This document shows positions 27,394 to 37,251 of a DNA stretch of 64,000 bases, one piece after another (position 1 is the first letter of the stretch; every line of letters begins with the position of its first letter). Position numbers and translations under genes: made by a program. The stretch comes from an uncultured virus (IMG/VR IMGVR_UViG_3300000301_000004). Lineage: Duplodnaviria > Heunggongvirae > Uroviricota > Caudoviricetes. The DNA lies in the IMG/VR virus record IMGVR_UViG_3300000301_000004; one strand, 5' to 3'. The notes beneath the pieces are model-generated. The model was not told where the DNA came from, did no database searches, and saw nothing but the letters and a program-made list of their open reading frames with translations.

Positions 27394-27753
27394 ATGCCAC
27401 TATTTGATATTAAAAAGTTAGCTAAAAAAGAACCTACTATTCCAGAAGATATTAAAATACTGATTAAGCGTCGAAGGTTACAATTAATAGTTCATAGTTG
27501 CATTTATTACAGATTAAATGATAATTTAATTTCTGATGCAACTTATGATAAATGGGCGAGGGAGTTGGCAAAACTTCATCAGAAATATGGTGTAATAAAG
27601 ATAAATTGTTACGATGAATTTTTTAGTGATTGGGTATACGCACTAGGAAAAACATATTCTGGATTTCAATTGCCTATTAATAATTATGAAATTGTAACTT
27701 TAGCACAGGACTTGATAAAGGAGTTTAATTCTAATGGACACAAGAAAATATAG
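27394..27753 (+). CDS. Stand-alone NAD+-ligase subdomain Ia-like protein
   Basis: HSCIYYRLNDNLISDATYDKWARELAKL resembles LigA YY..D.P.ISD.EYD.L..EL. Confidence 0.65.
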   Translation: MPLFDIKKLAKKEPTIPEDIKILIKRRRLQLIVHSCIYYRLNDNLISDATYDKWARELAKLHQKYGVIKINCYDEFFSDWVYALGKTYSGFQLPINNYEIVTLAQDLIKEFNSNGHKKI

Positions 27754-28057
27754 CAATTTACAAGAAAAAAGAATTGCTAAAAAGCTTCACGGAAGAAAGC
27801 AGTTAAACAGTGGGGCTACTATGTTTCAGAAAGGAGATGTAATTACTGATAAGATATTAATTGAATGTAAAACTAAAGTTAAAGAATCTAAATCTATTTC
27901 AATTCAAAAAGATTGGATTGAAAAGTTAAAGGAAGAAGCCTTTGCAATGCGTCGTCCTTATTGGGCAATAACATTTAATTTCGGAGATAATGAAGATTAC
28001 TTTATTATTAATGAAAAACTATTTAAACAATTAATGGAGGGTTTACAAGATGAATAA
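27734..28057 (+). CDS. Small PD-(D/E)XK nuclease (resolvase-like)
   Basis: QEKRIAK, SGA..KGDV, LIECKT. Confidence 0.75.
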   Translation: MDTRKYSNLQEKRIAKKLHGRKQLNSGATMFQKGDVITDKILIECKTKVKESKSISIQKDWIEKLKEEAFAMRRPYWAITFNFGDNEDYFIINEKLFKQLMEGLQDE

Positions 28058-28451
28058 TAATACTGTAATGCGAGTTTTAACATTTATGAATCAGGTGAAT
28101 GAGGGAGTTTTTGGAGATAGCGAAAGTAACCAAAAAGAAATTATTGAATTTTTAAGTAGTGTTCCAGATTTTGGTGATTTTGTTGAAAAAGAAAAGATCA
28201 TTGATTGTAATATATCAGCTGTTTTTACAGCGCATGAAACTGGTTTTTCATCTGATGTGGAGGCTAATGGATGTGAACTTGGCATTTTATATGCTATTAT
28301 GGGAATTGTTATTGATGTTGCAAGACGTCATAAAATTTCACCTTTGGCTTTATGTATGGGTTTAATGTCAATATTACTTAATGATGAAAAGATGACCGAA
28401 GATTCTTTATTTGAAATTTTGAAGAAGATGAATAAGGAGTTTATGAATTAA
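28050..28451 (+). CDS. Hypothetical protein
   Basis: RBS, ORF track. Confidence 0.6.
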   Translation: MNNNTVMRVLTFMNQVNEGVFGDSESNQKEIIEFLSSVPDFGDFVEKEKIIDCNISAVFTAHETGFSSDVEANGCELGILYAIMGIVIDVARRHKISPLALCMGLMSILLNDEKMTEDSLFEILKKMNKEFMN

Positions 28452-28452
28452 A

Positions 28453-29478
28453 ATGATTTCACTCGCTGTTAAATATAGACCAACAACTTTTAATGACGTA
28501 GTAGCTCAAGAGAATATTAAAGCTATTCTTGAACAGCAAATTGTTACAAAAAATCATAAAAATTGTTACTTATTTACTGGCGGTGCTGGCACAGGTAAAA
28601 CAACCTGTGCTCGCATTTTTGCCAATGAATTAAATGGTGGTAAAGGTAAAGCCATTGAAATTGATGCCGCTTCCAATAATGGCGTTGAAAATGTTCGTAA
28701 CATTATTGATGACTCTAAACACAAATCTTTAGACGGTGAATTTAAAATTTATATTTTAGACGAAGTTCATATGTTAAGTACAGGCGCATGGAATGCCATG
28801 TTAAAACTTTTAGAAGAACCTCCACTAAAAACAATCTTTCTAATGTGTACTACAGACCCACAAAAAATCCCGGCTACAATATTAAGTCGAGTTCAACGAT
28901 TTGATTTTCATCGTATTCCAACAAATCAAATTGTGGAAAGATTAGATTTAATTCTTCAAAAGGAAAATTATGATCTTGAAGTTAATGCAGGGATTTGTTA
29001 TGAATGGGATAAAGAGGCATTAGAGTACATCGCTAAAATTGCAGATGGCGGAATGAGAGATGCCATTACATTATTAGATAAATGTTTATCTTATAGTGGG
29101 GATATTACCGTTGAAAATGTAGTTAACGCATTAGGGGCAACAGATTATGGTGTAATGTTTGAATTACTGGAATATATATATGAAAAAGACGAGTTTAACA
29201 TTATAGAAACCATTGAAAATATATATATGGATGGCAAAGATTTAAAACAATTTACACGCCAATTCTTTTTCTTTGTACTTGATTTAGTTAAATATAATAT
29301 TTGTCATAATTTTGATTATGTTCAAATTCCTAGTTCTTACAGCAAAGAGTGTAAATTAGAAACTGGCAAGAAGCAATTTATAATTGTTTTAACTGGTGAA
29401 TTGCAAGAACTACTTAATCGTATTAAATGGGAGCAGAATCCAAAGCAATTTATTATTGCAGGGTTGTTGACATTATGA
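28453..29478 (+). CDS. dnaX: Clamp loader gamma/tau subunit
   Basis: LAVKYRP, GTGKTT, EIDAASNNGV, LDEVHML, LKLLEEPP, TILSR, GGMRDA. Confidence 0.95.
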   Translation: MISLAVKYRPTTFNDVVAQENIKAILEQQIVTKNHKNCYLFTGGAGTGKTTCARIFANELNGGKGKAIEIDAASNNGVENVRNIIDDSKHKSLDGEFKIYILDEVHMLSTGAWNAMLKLLEEPPLKTIFLMCTTDPQKIPATILSRVQRFDFHRIPTNQIVERLDLILQKENYDLEVNAGICYEWDKEALEYIAKIADGGMRDAITLLDKCLSYSGDITVENVVNALGATDYGVMFELLEYIYEKDEFNIIETIENIYMDGKDLKQFTRQFFFFVLDLVKYNICHNFDYVQIPSSYSKECKLETGKKQFIIVLTGELQELLNRIKWEQNPKQFIIAGLLTL

Positions 29479-30299
29479 TGCAAGAAGAATTAAAAAATAC
29501 TTTAGATAATTTAACATTTGCAAGATTTATGATTATTTCGGGGGCTAGTTCTATAGCCTCCGAAGATATTGCAGAGTGTATTAGCGCTAGATTGCAAACA
29601 GTTTATATTCATTGTGGTAATAAAGTTGATGATGTTCGTAATATTATTTCAATGGCATATAAACAAACAAAACCTATTATGTATGTTTTTAAAGATTGCG
29701 ATAATATGAGTAATGCAGCTAAAAATGCTTTACTAAAAGTCATTGAAGAACCTCCACAACAGGCTTACTTTGTAATGTTATTGAAAAGTACATCAAATAC
29801 ATTGGCAACTATATTAAGTCGTGGTATGTTAATTTCTTTATTACCATTTCCACCTTCAGAACTTAAAGAATATGCTCTACAAATTCAGCCAAAACTAAAG
29901 AATGAAGAATTGACGAAAATTGCAAAAGTCTGTGAAACTCCGGAACAGGTAAAAATGTTATTAAATTATGGTGTTCAGGATTTTTGTGATTATGTTCGTA
30001 AGGTTGTTGAAAATATTCCAGAAGTCACAGTTACAAATTGTTTAAAAATAGCAAATCAGATAAACTTTAAAGAAGAGGAAGATAAATATGATCTGGAATT
30101 ATTTTTAAATACTTATACGAACTATCTTTTAGAATGTTTTATTGATGGGGATTATGATAAAGAACAATTAGATTTTTCAACTCAATCTACTTTGAAATTA
30201 AAATCCATTTTGCAGTATAGTGGTATTAATAAAGCCATGGCTTTTAAAAAATGGTTAATTCAGCAATGGGAAATTTTAGGGGGTGAAAATGTTGAATGA
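29475..30299 (+). CDS. holB: Clamp loader delta-prime-like subunit
   Basis: MSNAAKNALLKVIEEPP, TILSR; degenerate Walker A. Confidence 0.8.
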   Translation: MMQEELKNTLDNLTFARFMIISGASSIASEDIAECISARLQTVYIHCGNKVDDVRNIISMAYKQTKPIMYVFKDCDNMSNAAKNALLKVIEEPPQQAYFVMLLKSTSNTLATILSRGMLISLLPFPPSELKEYALQIQPKLKNEELTKIAKVCETPEQVKMLLNYGVQDFCDYVRKVVENIPEVTVTNCLKIANQINFKEEEDKYDLELFLNTYTNYLLECFIDGDYDKEQLDFSTQSTLKLKSILQYSGINKAMAFKKWLIQQWEILGGENVE

Positions 30300-30561
30300 A
30301 GAAAAAATTGCATTATTAAATGTTGGCGACGAGCTTTATGTTGGAGTTATTTATAAGCAACGAATATTATATCGTCATGCAAAATTTCTTAGTTATGATC
30401 CAGAAACAAGAATTTTAAAAGCACTAGGTAATAAACGTAATAAAAATACAGGAAAGTTAATTTGTAATATAGAACATAAATTTCCTTTAGATAAAATCGT
30501 TTTATTAGGTGTTCAGGGAATCACTATATTCGCAGATGAAAATTATTATGAAAAAGAATAA
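30289..30561 (+). CDS. Hypothetical protein
   Basis: ORF track. Confidence 0.55.
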   Translation: MLNEEKIALLNVGDELYVGVIYKQRILYRHAKFLSYDPETRILKALGNKRNKNTGKLICNIEHKFPLDKIVLLGVQGITIFADENYYEKE

Positions 30562-30720
30562 AATACGTCAGATATATCGGGATATTATTAAGAAAAATAT
30601 TCGCATTTGCAGGTGTGGGAAATTGACACGCCTGCAAATAATATTTATTGGGAATGTAAAATATCATCAATATGTATGTCATAAATGCGGATTAATATAT
30701 CAAGTGAGGTACGATAAGAA

Positions 30721-31698
30721 ATGAATATAGCTGAATTAAAAACACAAATCAAATCGAATGAATTAGATAATGTGTATATTTTTATTGGTGAAGAAATTTA
30801 TATTCGAAATGTTTATATAGATAATATTGCAGATTTAGGTTATTTAAAACAGGAAATGCCAACAGTGGCAGATGTTTTTAAAAAATTAGGGGCTAATAAA
30901 CTAATAAACAAGCCTGTATTATATGTTATTAGAGATGATACGGACTTTATAAAACAGGATATTGTTGTATGGCAACGGTTAGAGGCTTTGTGTACTTCCG
31001 GAGCCTGTAAAGTAATACTCGTTTATAACACATTAGATAAACGAAGTAAATTTTATAAACATTATGAAGATACTATAGTTAATTTTGAAAAATTATCGGA
31101 GCCTATTTTAATTAAGTATATTCAAAAAGATTCCGATTTAGATACAGCACAGGCAAAAGATTTAATTAAAAGATGTTCTTCAAACTATACATTATGTTTA
31201 TTAGAACTAGATAAATTAAAAATGCTGGCACAAGTAAATAATACAACAATTAGTAAGCTATATAATAAAGCTGTTAATGATGGGGTATTAATTGCACTAC
31301 CTACAGCCGAGCTACAATTATATATTAATGCAGTTTTAGAACGTGATTTTGCCAAGGCTATTGAAATTTCTAAAATGTTAGACGAAAAGACAGATCCACC
31401 TCTAAAAGTATTAGCCTTTTTATACAATACTTTTGAAGCACTATTCTCCGTTGTAGCATATGAGTCCGGTTATAGTTTCAAAAAAAATGAGTCCGGTGTG
31501 AATTTTTGGGCTGTGAAAAATGCTGAAATTTTTAGTTTTAAATGGCAAATTGCCGAGGTTCGAGATGTTATGGATTATATTCAAAGTGTTGAAAGTGGAA
31601 TAAAGATGGGCATTGTATTCGCCGAAACAGCCATGGATAATTTAGCCGTTCTATTTATGACAATACAATTAGGATTAGAAATTCGAAATTCTAAATGA
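30721..31698 (+). CDS. holA: Clamp loader delta-like subunit
   Basis: VYIFIGEEIY, LDKRSKFYK, LELDKL. Confidence 0.8.
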   Translation: MNIAELKTQIKSNELDNVYIFIGEEIYIRNVYIDNIADLGYLKQEMPTVADVFKKLGANKLINKPVLYVIRDDTDFIKQDIVVWQRLEALCTSGACKVILVYNTLDKRSKFYKHYEDTIVNFEKLSEPILIKYIQKDSDLDTAQAKDLIKRCSSNYTLCLLELDKLKMLAQVNNTTISKLYNKAVNDGVLIALPTAELQLYINAVLERDFAKAIEISKMLDEKTDPPLKVLAFLYNTFEALFSVVAYESGYSFKKNESGVNFWAVKNAEIFSFKWQIAEVRDVMDYIQSVESGIKMGIVFAETAMDNLAVLFMTIQLGLEIRNSK

Positions 31699-31829
31699 AG
31701 CATTTGTGAAATTTAATTGCGAATTGTTTTCCTGATGTTCAATCGAAAAGAATGTGTTGTAAATTTTGTAAGTGCAAAAGGGCAGCATTATATCCACGAG
31801 GGCAGCAATTGATTTTTGGGGGCAGCATC

Positions 31830-32018
31830 ATGATTAAAAATATCACTCACTGCTTGCGGTGTGGTAAACCATTGAAGGATAGCATTTCAAGACAAAGAGG
31901 ATACGGTGCTGAATGTTATAAAATCATAACTAGGAATCGTTCCTATAAGAATTATAATTTATTGAGGATTGGTGAACAAAATGGAAATAGTGGCAAAAAG
32001 GATTTACAGGGAAATTGA
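31830..32018 (+). CDS. Small Zn-finger protein (DUF6011-like)
   Basis: CLRCGKPLKDSISRQRGYGAEC. Confidence 0.7.
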   Translation: MIKNITHCLRCGKPLKDSISRQRGYGAECYKIITRNRSYKNYNLLRIGEQNGNSGKKDLQGN

Positions 32019-32322
32019 AAATATTCTTATTAGAAATAATAAAGTTCCTAATAATGTAAATCAAAAAGCAAATAATATTTTTAAATGTGTACAAGCATTA
32101 AAGAGTTATTGTCAACAACACAGCGATTTACATTATAACCTAATAGTTGAATATTACGAAACTCCTTTTACTATTAATCGTGACCAAAAATTAAAACAAT
32201 TTGCTGATAAATACAGTATTAATATTAGTCACGTTTACTTAATAAGAAGAGAGATTCTTTTGCGGTTTTTGGTAATGCTACAACAAAAAAAACTTTATAC
32301 AATACCAGTCGAAAATGCTTGA
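31981..32322 (+). CDS. Putative transcriptional regulator (C-terminal HTH)
   Basis: FADKYSINISHVYLIRREIL. Confidence 0.5.
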   Translation: MEIVAKRIYREIENILIRNNKVPNNVNQKANNIFKCVQALKSYCQQHSDLHYNLIVEYYETPFTINRDQKLKQFADKYSINISHVYLIRREILLRFLVMLQQKKLYTIPVENA

Positions 32323-32377
32323 CTAGTATTTAATTTTATGGTATACTTTAGTTACAAATAAAAAAGGGGTGTATATC

Positions 32378-32692
32378 ATGAAAAAATTTCAATTATTAAA
32401 ATGGACTGCCGAGGTTAGGGAAAAAGAACTGCAATTTCTGTTTTTTAATGGCCATAGCGTTGATTTGTTAGACGACTCTAACCCCACTGTAATATTCGAA
32501 ACTGAGTCCGAAAGCGAAGCCTATAATTATTTAGAAAAAGAAAGCGAATTGCTTTGCATTCATATTTTTAACCACTGCGGTTTAAAGTTCGCCAATGTTG
32601 ACTGCCTTATGTTGCAGGAAGTTGAAGTAGACGAAGACGGCGATGTTGTAGAATGTGAATATCTGGATATTCGTTACCCGGAGGGGGAATAA
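32378..32692 (+). CDS. Acidic hypothetical early protein
   Basis: Promoter TTGACT-17-TATACT at 32319; AAGGGG RBS. Confidence 0.7.
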   Translation: MKKFQLLKWTAEVREKELQFLFFNGHSVDLLDDSNPTVIFETESESEAYNYLEKESELLCIHIFNHCGLKFANVDCLMLQEVEVDEDGDVVECEYLDIRYPEGE

Positions 32693-32695
32693 AAA

Positions 32696-32917
32696 ATGAA
32701 AAAGTTAACAGTAATACTATTTATATTGGTAGTTACCTTTTTAACAACTCGGCCAGTCGATTCGCCTGAAGGTTTTAAGCCAAAACCACGGCTAATCACC
32801 CAAAACGAAACACACGAATTTTACGAAGAGCCACAAACACACACTATAATTAAGGTTAACAAGCGTACTGGCGAGGCAGTCGACCTGCAAAAAACTCGTG
32901 AACAGTTATTTAAATAG
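32696..32917 (+). CDS. Small protein with N-terminal signal/TM
   Basis: RBS; followed by terminator 32912-32943. Confidence 0.65.
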   Translation: MKKLTVILFILVVTFLTTRPVDSPEGFKPKPRLITQNETHEFYEEPQTHTIIKVNKRTGEAVDLQKTREQLFK

Positions 32918-33066
32918 CCTGTATTTGCAGGCTATTTTTTTTTGCATTTTTGCCAATTACCCTAAATTTATTCATATTTTAGTTTTAACGGTTTTTAGGC
33001 TTTACAGGTATAAATATATGCGGTCACACTAAAAAACTTAATACAGGCCATTTATGAAGACGAAAG

Positions 33067-33099
33067 TTATCCACAGGCTGTGAATAAAGTTGTGGATAA
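33067..33099. promoter_or_regulatory. Cluster of three DnaA boxes
   Basis: TTATCCACA (33067), TGTGAATAA (33079, 1 mismatch), TGTGGATAA (33091). Confidence 0.7.
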
Positions 33100-33197
33100 C
33101 TTTTTTTGAAAATTTTTTCATAAAAAGTGTTGACTTTTAAATCACAATCGTTTATAATTAAGTTACAAGGTAAACAAATAATAAAGGGGGCAAAAAT

Positions 33198-33491
33198 ATG
33201 TTAACTAAAAAACAAAATATTGAATTAGGTCGGTTTGCATTGTATATCGAAAGCCATGATGAACAATTTAAATATATGTTGCTAAACCGACTGCAAACAG
33301 ATTGCAAATACTATTTAGGTTATGGCAACGGCAATGAACGCCACTTGTGGGGCGAAACTGTTGAAATGCACATCGAATATATGTACATTATATATGATAG
33401 TTTAAAAATTAAGCCAGAATGGCTAACCGAGCAACAAATTAAAGTTTATAGCGATTTAATGTTACAAATTAAAAATGATAAAAATTTTTAA
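33198..33491 (+). CDS. LPD11-like protein
   Basis: YMLLNRLQTDCKYYLGYG...HLW...KPEWLT; own promoter at 33130. Confidence 0.7.
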   Translation: MLTKKQNIELGRFALYIESHDEQFKYMLLNRLQTDCKYYLGYGNGNERHLWGETVEMHIEYMYIIYDSLKIKPEWLTEQQIKVYSDLMLQIKNDKNF

Positions 33492-33559
33492 AAAGTGCTT
33501 GACTTTATAAGCAAAATCGTTTATAATAAGTATAACAAATAAACAAGGGGGTCATAAAA

Positions 33560-34216
33560 ATGACTGAACAAAAATTAAACAAACTAGAACAACAAATTAT
33601 TAAATTACTGGAGTTGGCGAACAAAAATACCAACCAAGCCGAGGCCATTGCAGCGGCCGCTAAAGCCCAGGAATTAATGGCAAAGTACAACATTAAATTA
33701 CAAAACATTAGCAAAAAACCTGCAAATATCGTGGCTGAATTTGCAGTGAATGCAAGGGGTAAAAGTTACCGTTTTGCGCTGGCAACAATTTTAGCTAATA
33801 ATTATGGTGTAAAATTAGTATGGGCTGAAAAAATGATTCCAGTATTTTATGGTTACGAAAATAACGCTAAAACGGTTACCAAAATTTACGAATGGTTATG
33901 GCAGGCCATTCACCGTATGGCCGATAGTTACCAAACGAAAATTTGGAAACAGGGTAACGGAGTTAAAGGCGTGTATAACAGTTTTGTCGATGGTTTTTTA
34001 GTAGGTTTAAAAAAGGAGCTTGACAAAAACTGCACGGCTTTAAAAATTACAGTTGCCGAGGAAGTAAATACCGAGTTCGACAAATTTATGGCCGAAAAAG
34101 GGGCAGGCACTTTTAAAACTAAAAAGCGTAACGCTCCTGTTGATACATGTGCATTTTTGCAAGGAGTAGTTGAAGGTTCGACTATTATGCAACGTAAACA
34201 AGTGGAGGCTAAATAA
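33560..34216 (+). CDS. DUF2786-domain protein
   Basis: IIKLLELA....EAIAAAAKAQELMAKYNI; own promoter at 33499. Confidence 0.75.
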   Translation: MTEQKLNKLEQQIIKLLELANKNTNQAEAIAAAAKAQELMAKYNIKLQNISKKPANIVAEFAVNARGKSYRFALATILANNYGVKLVWAEKMIPVFYGYENNAKTVTKIYEWLWQAIHRMADSYQTKIWKQGNGVKGVYNSFVDGFLVGLKKELDKNCTALKITVAEEVNTEFDKFMAEKGAGTFKTKKRNAPVDTCAFLQGVVEGSTIMQRKQVEAK

Positions 34217-34956
34217 TGTTAACTATGTTGCTAGTATCATGCGTCATTGTGTTTGGCGCATGGTACTTAATTAATAACGAATATGCTTTTACAAAATTAT
34301 GTGGTTTTATTGTAGTAACAATTATTTATATTGCAGGTTTCCCTATTTTCATGCTGCTCAATTGGTATAAAATGTTAAAAAGGTTTAATAACACATTTAG
34401 GAAGGATGACTAATATGAAAAATGGTGTACATTTACAAGGTTTTAAGGGCTATTTTGAAGGTACTAAAGCAATTGATATTAAAGTTGGTGACGTATTAGT
34501 TTGGAATTATGGATTATTAAGCAAAGTTATTAGTAAAGAAATGTCACCTTCAGGTAAAAGTGTTTATTTAATTACACAGCCATTTACTAGAACAATTCAT
34601 GGTAATGTTGAATACGATATGTTACGTCGAAATCGATATAACATCAATACTTTATTAGTCACTAATCCATTAATGCCATTATAGGAGGTTTAATTATGAT
34701 TATTGGAAATGATATAGTATTAAATGTTGAGGACTTTTTAGGAGCGATGATTAATAGTTATTTACTGTTTGCTCCTTATGCCGACCTTTCATATGATGAA
34801 ATAGCCCAATTACTTGAAGAGTATTTTTGTGATTATATAGCACAATATGGTATTGTAATATTAAAACTATATACGAAAAAAACCGAAAAAGGAATATTTA
34901 TTGATTATAAATATAATGGCATTAAAAAGTGTTATATTTATACCCAACAATTTTAA
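34216..34956 (+). CDS. Three small hypothetical ORFs (34216-34413, 34406-34684, 34696-34956)
   Basis: Coupled ORFs in track. Confidence 0.55.
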
Positions 34957-35062
34957 AAAAGTTTAAAAAAAAGTATTGACTTTGCTATAAAACTATGTTA
35001 TAATTTATTTAACAGGTAAAGCAAAGTCAATACTTGTTAAAAACAAAAAAGGGGTGTACATT

Positions 35063-35365
35063 ATGAACTTATACGAATTATTTAAAAAATTTGAAACTGA
35101 ATTTTTGGCAGGCCACGAAAAAATTAAAACAGAGCTTGACTTCGAACTTTTCGTCGGCAAACTGAGTGAACAAATTTTAGGTGATGTATATAGCCTTGAC
35201 ACTGTTTATAAAACTGGGGGTAATCATATTGAAGTCACTGCCGTTGGCTATGGTTACAGTTTTGAAGTTGAATATCATATTACTAAACATAAACTATTAA
35301 AGTTAGCAGTAATCAATACACTTTTCGGCGACCGTCGAATTACTTATGCAGTTGAATATGATTAA
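35063..35365 (+). CDS. Hypothetical early protein
   Basis: Promoter TTGACT-17-TATAAT at 34976; AAGGGG RBS. Confidence 0.7.
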   Translation: MNLYELFKKFETEFLAGHEKIKTELDFELFVGKLSEQILGDVYSLDTVYKTGGNHIEVTAVGYGYSFEVEYHITKHKLLKLAVINTLFGDRRITYAVEYD

Positions 35366-35953
35366 GTCCGTTTTTAAATTAAGTACGTTTTTAAAATATA
35401 CAAATTTTTAAATTGTTGAAATTTTTAGGCTGGCAAGGGGTATATATAAACCCTTTACCAGCCTATTTATTATTAATGTAGGTACATTTTCGTTGGCGTT
35501 AAAATGGTTATTCGTATAAAAAATAGCCCTAATTGCAAGGGCTATATATTAGTTATCTGCAGAATGTAAAATTCGGCAAAATTTTAAATTTAAAAATCAT
35601 TAGCAATTAAGAAAATAGCTAAAATAACAATATTAAGAATATAGGAATAACTCTTAATTTGAAATCATTATCAAAGAAGGTAGCATTGCATTTAGGGCAG
35701 CAAACGGTTTAGGGCAGCATCGTATATTTGTACTTAACAGCAGCTTTACCCTATTAGTAATTATTACTAATTTGCTTTATACATTGGCATATTTAAACTA
35801 TACCACTTCGATTTAAATTTGTAAATAGGTTACAATAAAAAAAGATGCTAAAATTTTTTATAAAAAAGTATTGCAATTTTACAAGCAAAGGTGTATAATA
35901 TAGTTAAGGTAAAAAGTTACCTACAAATAAATAAAAAAAGGGTGTGTTTATTT

Positions 35954-36457
35954 ATGGCAAAAGTGGCAAAAACCAAAAATAGTGGTACTTACAAAAATTT
36001 AGTAGGGGCAACCAATTATTACAATGCAGTTTTGCAAAACCTGCAAAACCTACAAATACCAGTTAACAAAATTAATAATATGCAATATGTATTAAATGCA
36101 GTAAATATTGCAACCTACAACACTAACCCGGCGGCCTTGCAATACAACCCAATAGTTACCCAAACAAGTAATGGTACACAGTACACTTTTAACTACATAC
36201 AGTGGCAAATGTACCCACAGTTACTTATCGATATTGGTATTACTACCGATATAGTAATAGTTATTAATAACAACGGTGTAGTAAATGTAAACCAGTTGCA
36301 AATGGTATACGAGTGCAGTTATGCACCGGCGTTTATTAGTAATGTGTTGCAAATACCGTATGGTGGCTATTTAAATACTACTTTTAATAATGCACCAGTG
36401 CAAATAGTAAATTATGCTAGCGAGGGCTTTTGGCAAATAGGCATTGGTAACAATTAA
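35954..36457 (+). CDS. Asn/Gln-rich orphan protein in GA-free zone
   Basis: Promoter TTGCAA-17-TATAAT at 35871; terminator 36469-36503; only 4 D/E and no R in 167 aa. Confidence 0.75.
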   Translation: MAKVAKTKNSGTYKNLVGATNYYNAVLQNLQNLQIPVNKINNMQYVLNAVNIATYNTNPAALQYNPIVTQTSNGTQYTFNYIQWQMYPQLLIDIGITTDIVIVINNNGVVNVNQLQMVYECSYAPAFISNVLQIPYGGYLNTTFNNAPVQIVNYASEGFWQIGIGNN

Positions 36458-36575
36458 AAATAATTATTAATAAGGTAGGCAAAAACCTACCTTATTTTTT
36501 TTTGTAAAAGTGCTTGCAAAATTATGCTTTTTATGGTATAATAAAGGTAACAAATAAACAAGGGGGTAAATACCT

Positions 36576-36899
36576 ATGCTAACCAATTATGTAAACAATT
36601 TAAGCAATTTAGTTAACCAATTTGTACCAATTTACCAAACAATACTCGATACTATTAATAACCCTAACGAAATTAGTAATATTTACCAATTACTCGATAA
36701 TATTACCGAGGAGTTAAATGCAAACGGTAACGAGTGCGAGCTCGAGTTTATGGCTAATAACAAATTTATACTAACAACATATACTGGTAATGGTAATTGC
36801 ATTATAAATGTAATGCCCGGCGGCGCCAATATTAGTTGCAGCGTGGGTATATGTGGCACTGCAAATTTACTTTATACCGATACATATAATTTTTATTAA
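36576..36899 (+). CDS. Asn-rich orphan protein in GA-free zone
   Basis: Promoter TTGCAA-17-TATAAT at 36514; AAGGGGG RBS; terminator 36907-36933. Confidence 0.75.
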   Translation: MLTNYVNNLSNLVNQFVPIYQTILDTINNPNEISNIYQLLDNITEELNANGNECELEFMANNKFILTTYTGNGNCIINVMPGGANISCSVGICGTANLLYTDTYNFY

Positions 36900-36984
36900 T
36901 AATTTGCCCCTTGCAAAAGGGGTATTTTTTTTTGGCTAAAAACAGGCAAAAAAATAACCTGCAAAATTGCAGGTTATTAATTTT

Positions 36985-37251
36985 TTAAACAATGCAAACG
37001 CCAACAAAAACAATATAGCCATTTTTATTAGTACGCCAATTTAAACAATAGCAATTATTATAGTTAGGGTGTTTTACTGTTATACTAAAATTGTTGCGTT
37101 TTGGTTTGCCATAAAATTTTAGTGTTAAAACCCTAAAACCAAGCGCTTTAACATACTGCAACAATACAGCACTTGTAATTTTAACGCCATAATTTAAATT
37201 GTGGCAATTTAATTGCGCAAAATGTTTGTACAAATATTTACTAACTTGCAT
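36985..37251 (-). CDS. Basic orphan protein with no Asp/Glu; the only independently promoted minus-strand gene recognised
   Basis: Minus-strand TTGTAA-17-TATAAT (37310-37282), AAGGGGG RBS, hairpin terminator 36948-36979. Confidence 0.7.
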   Translation of the reverse strand: MQVSKYLYKHFAQLNCHNLNYGVKITSAVLLQYVKALGFRVLTLKFYGKPKRNNFSITVKHPNYNNCYCLNWRTNKNGYIVFVGVCIV

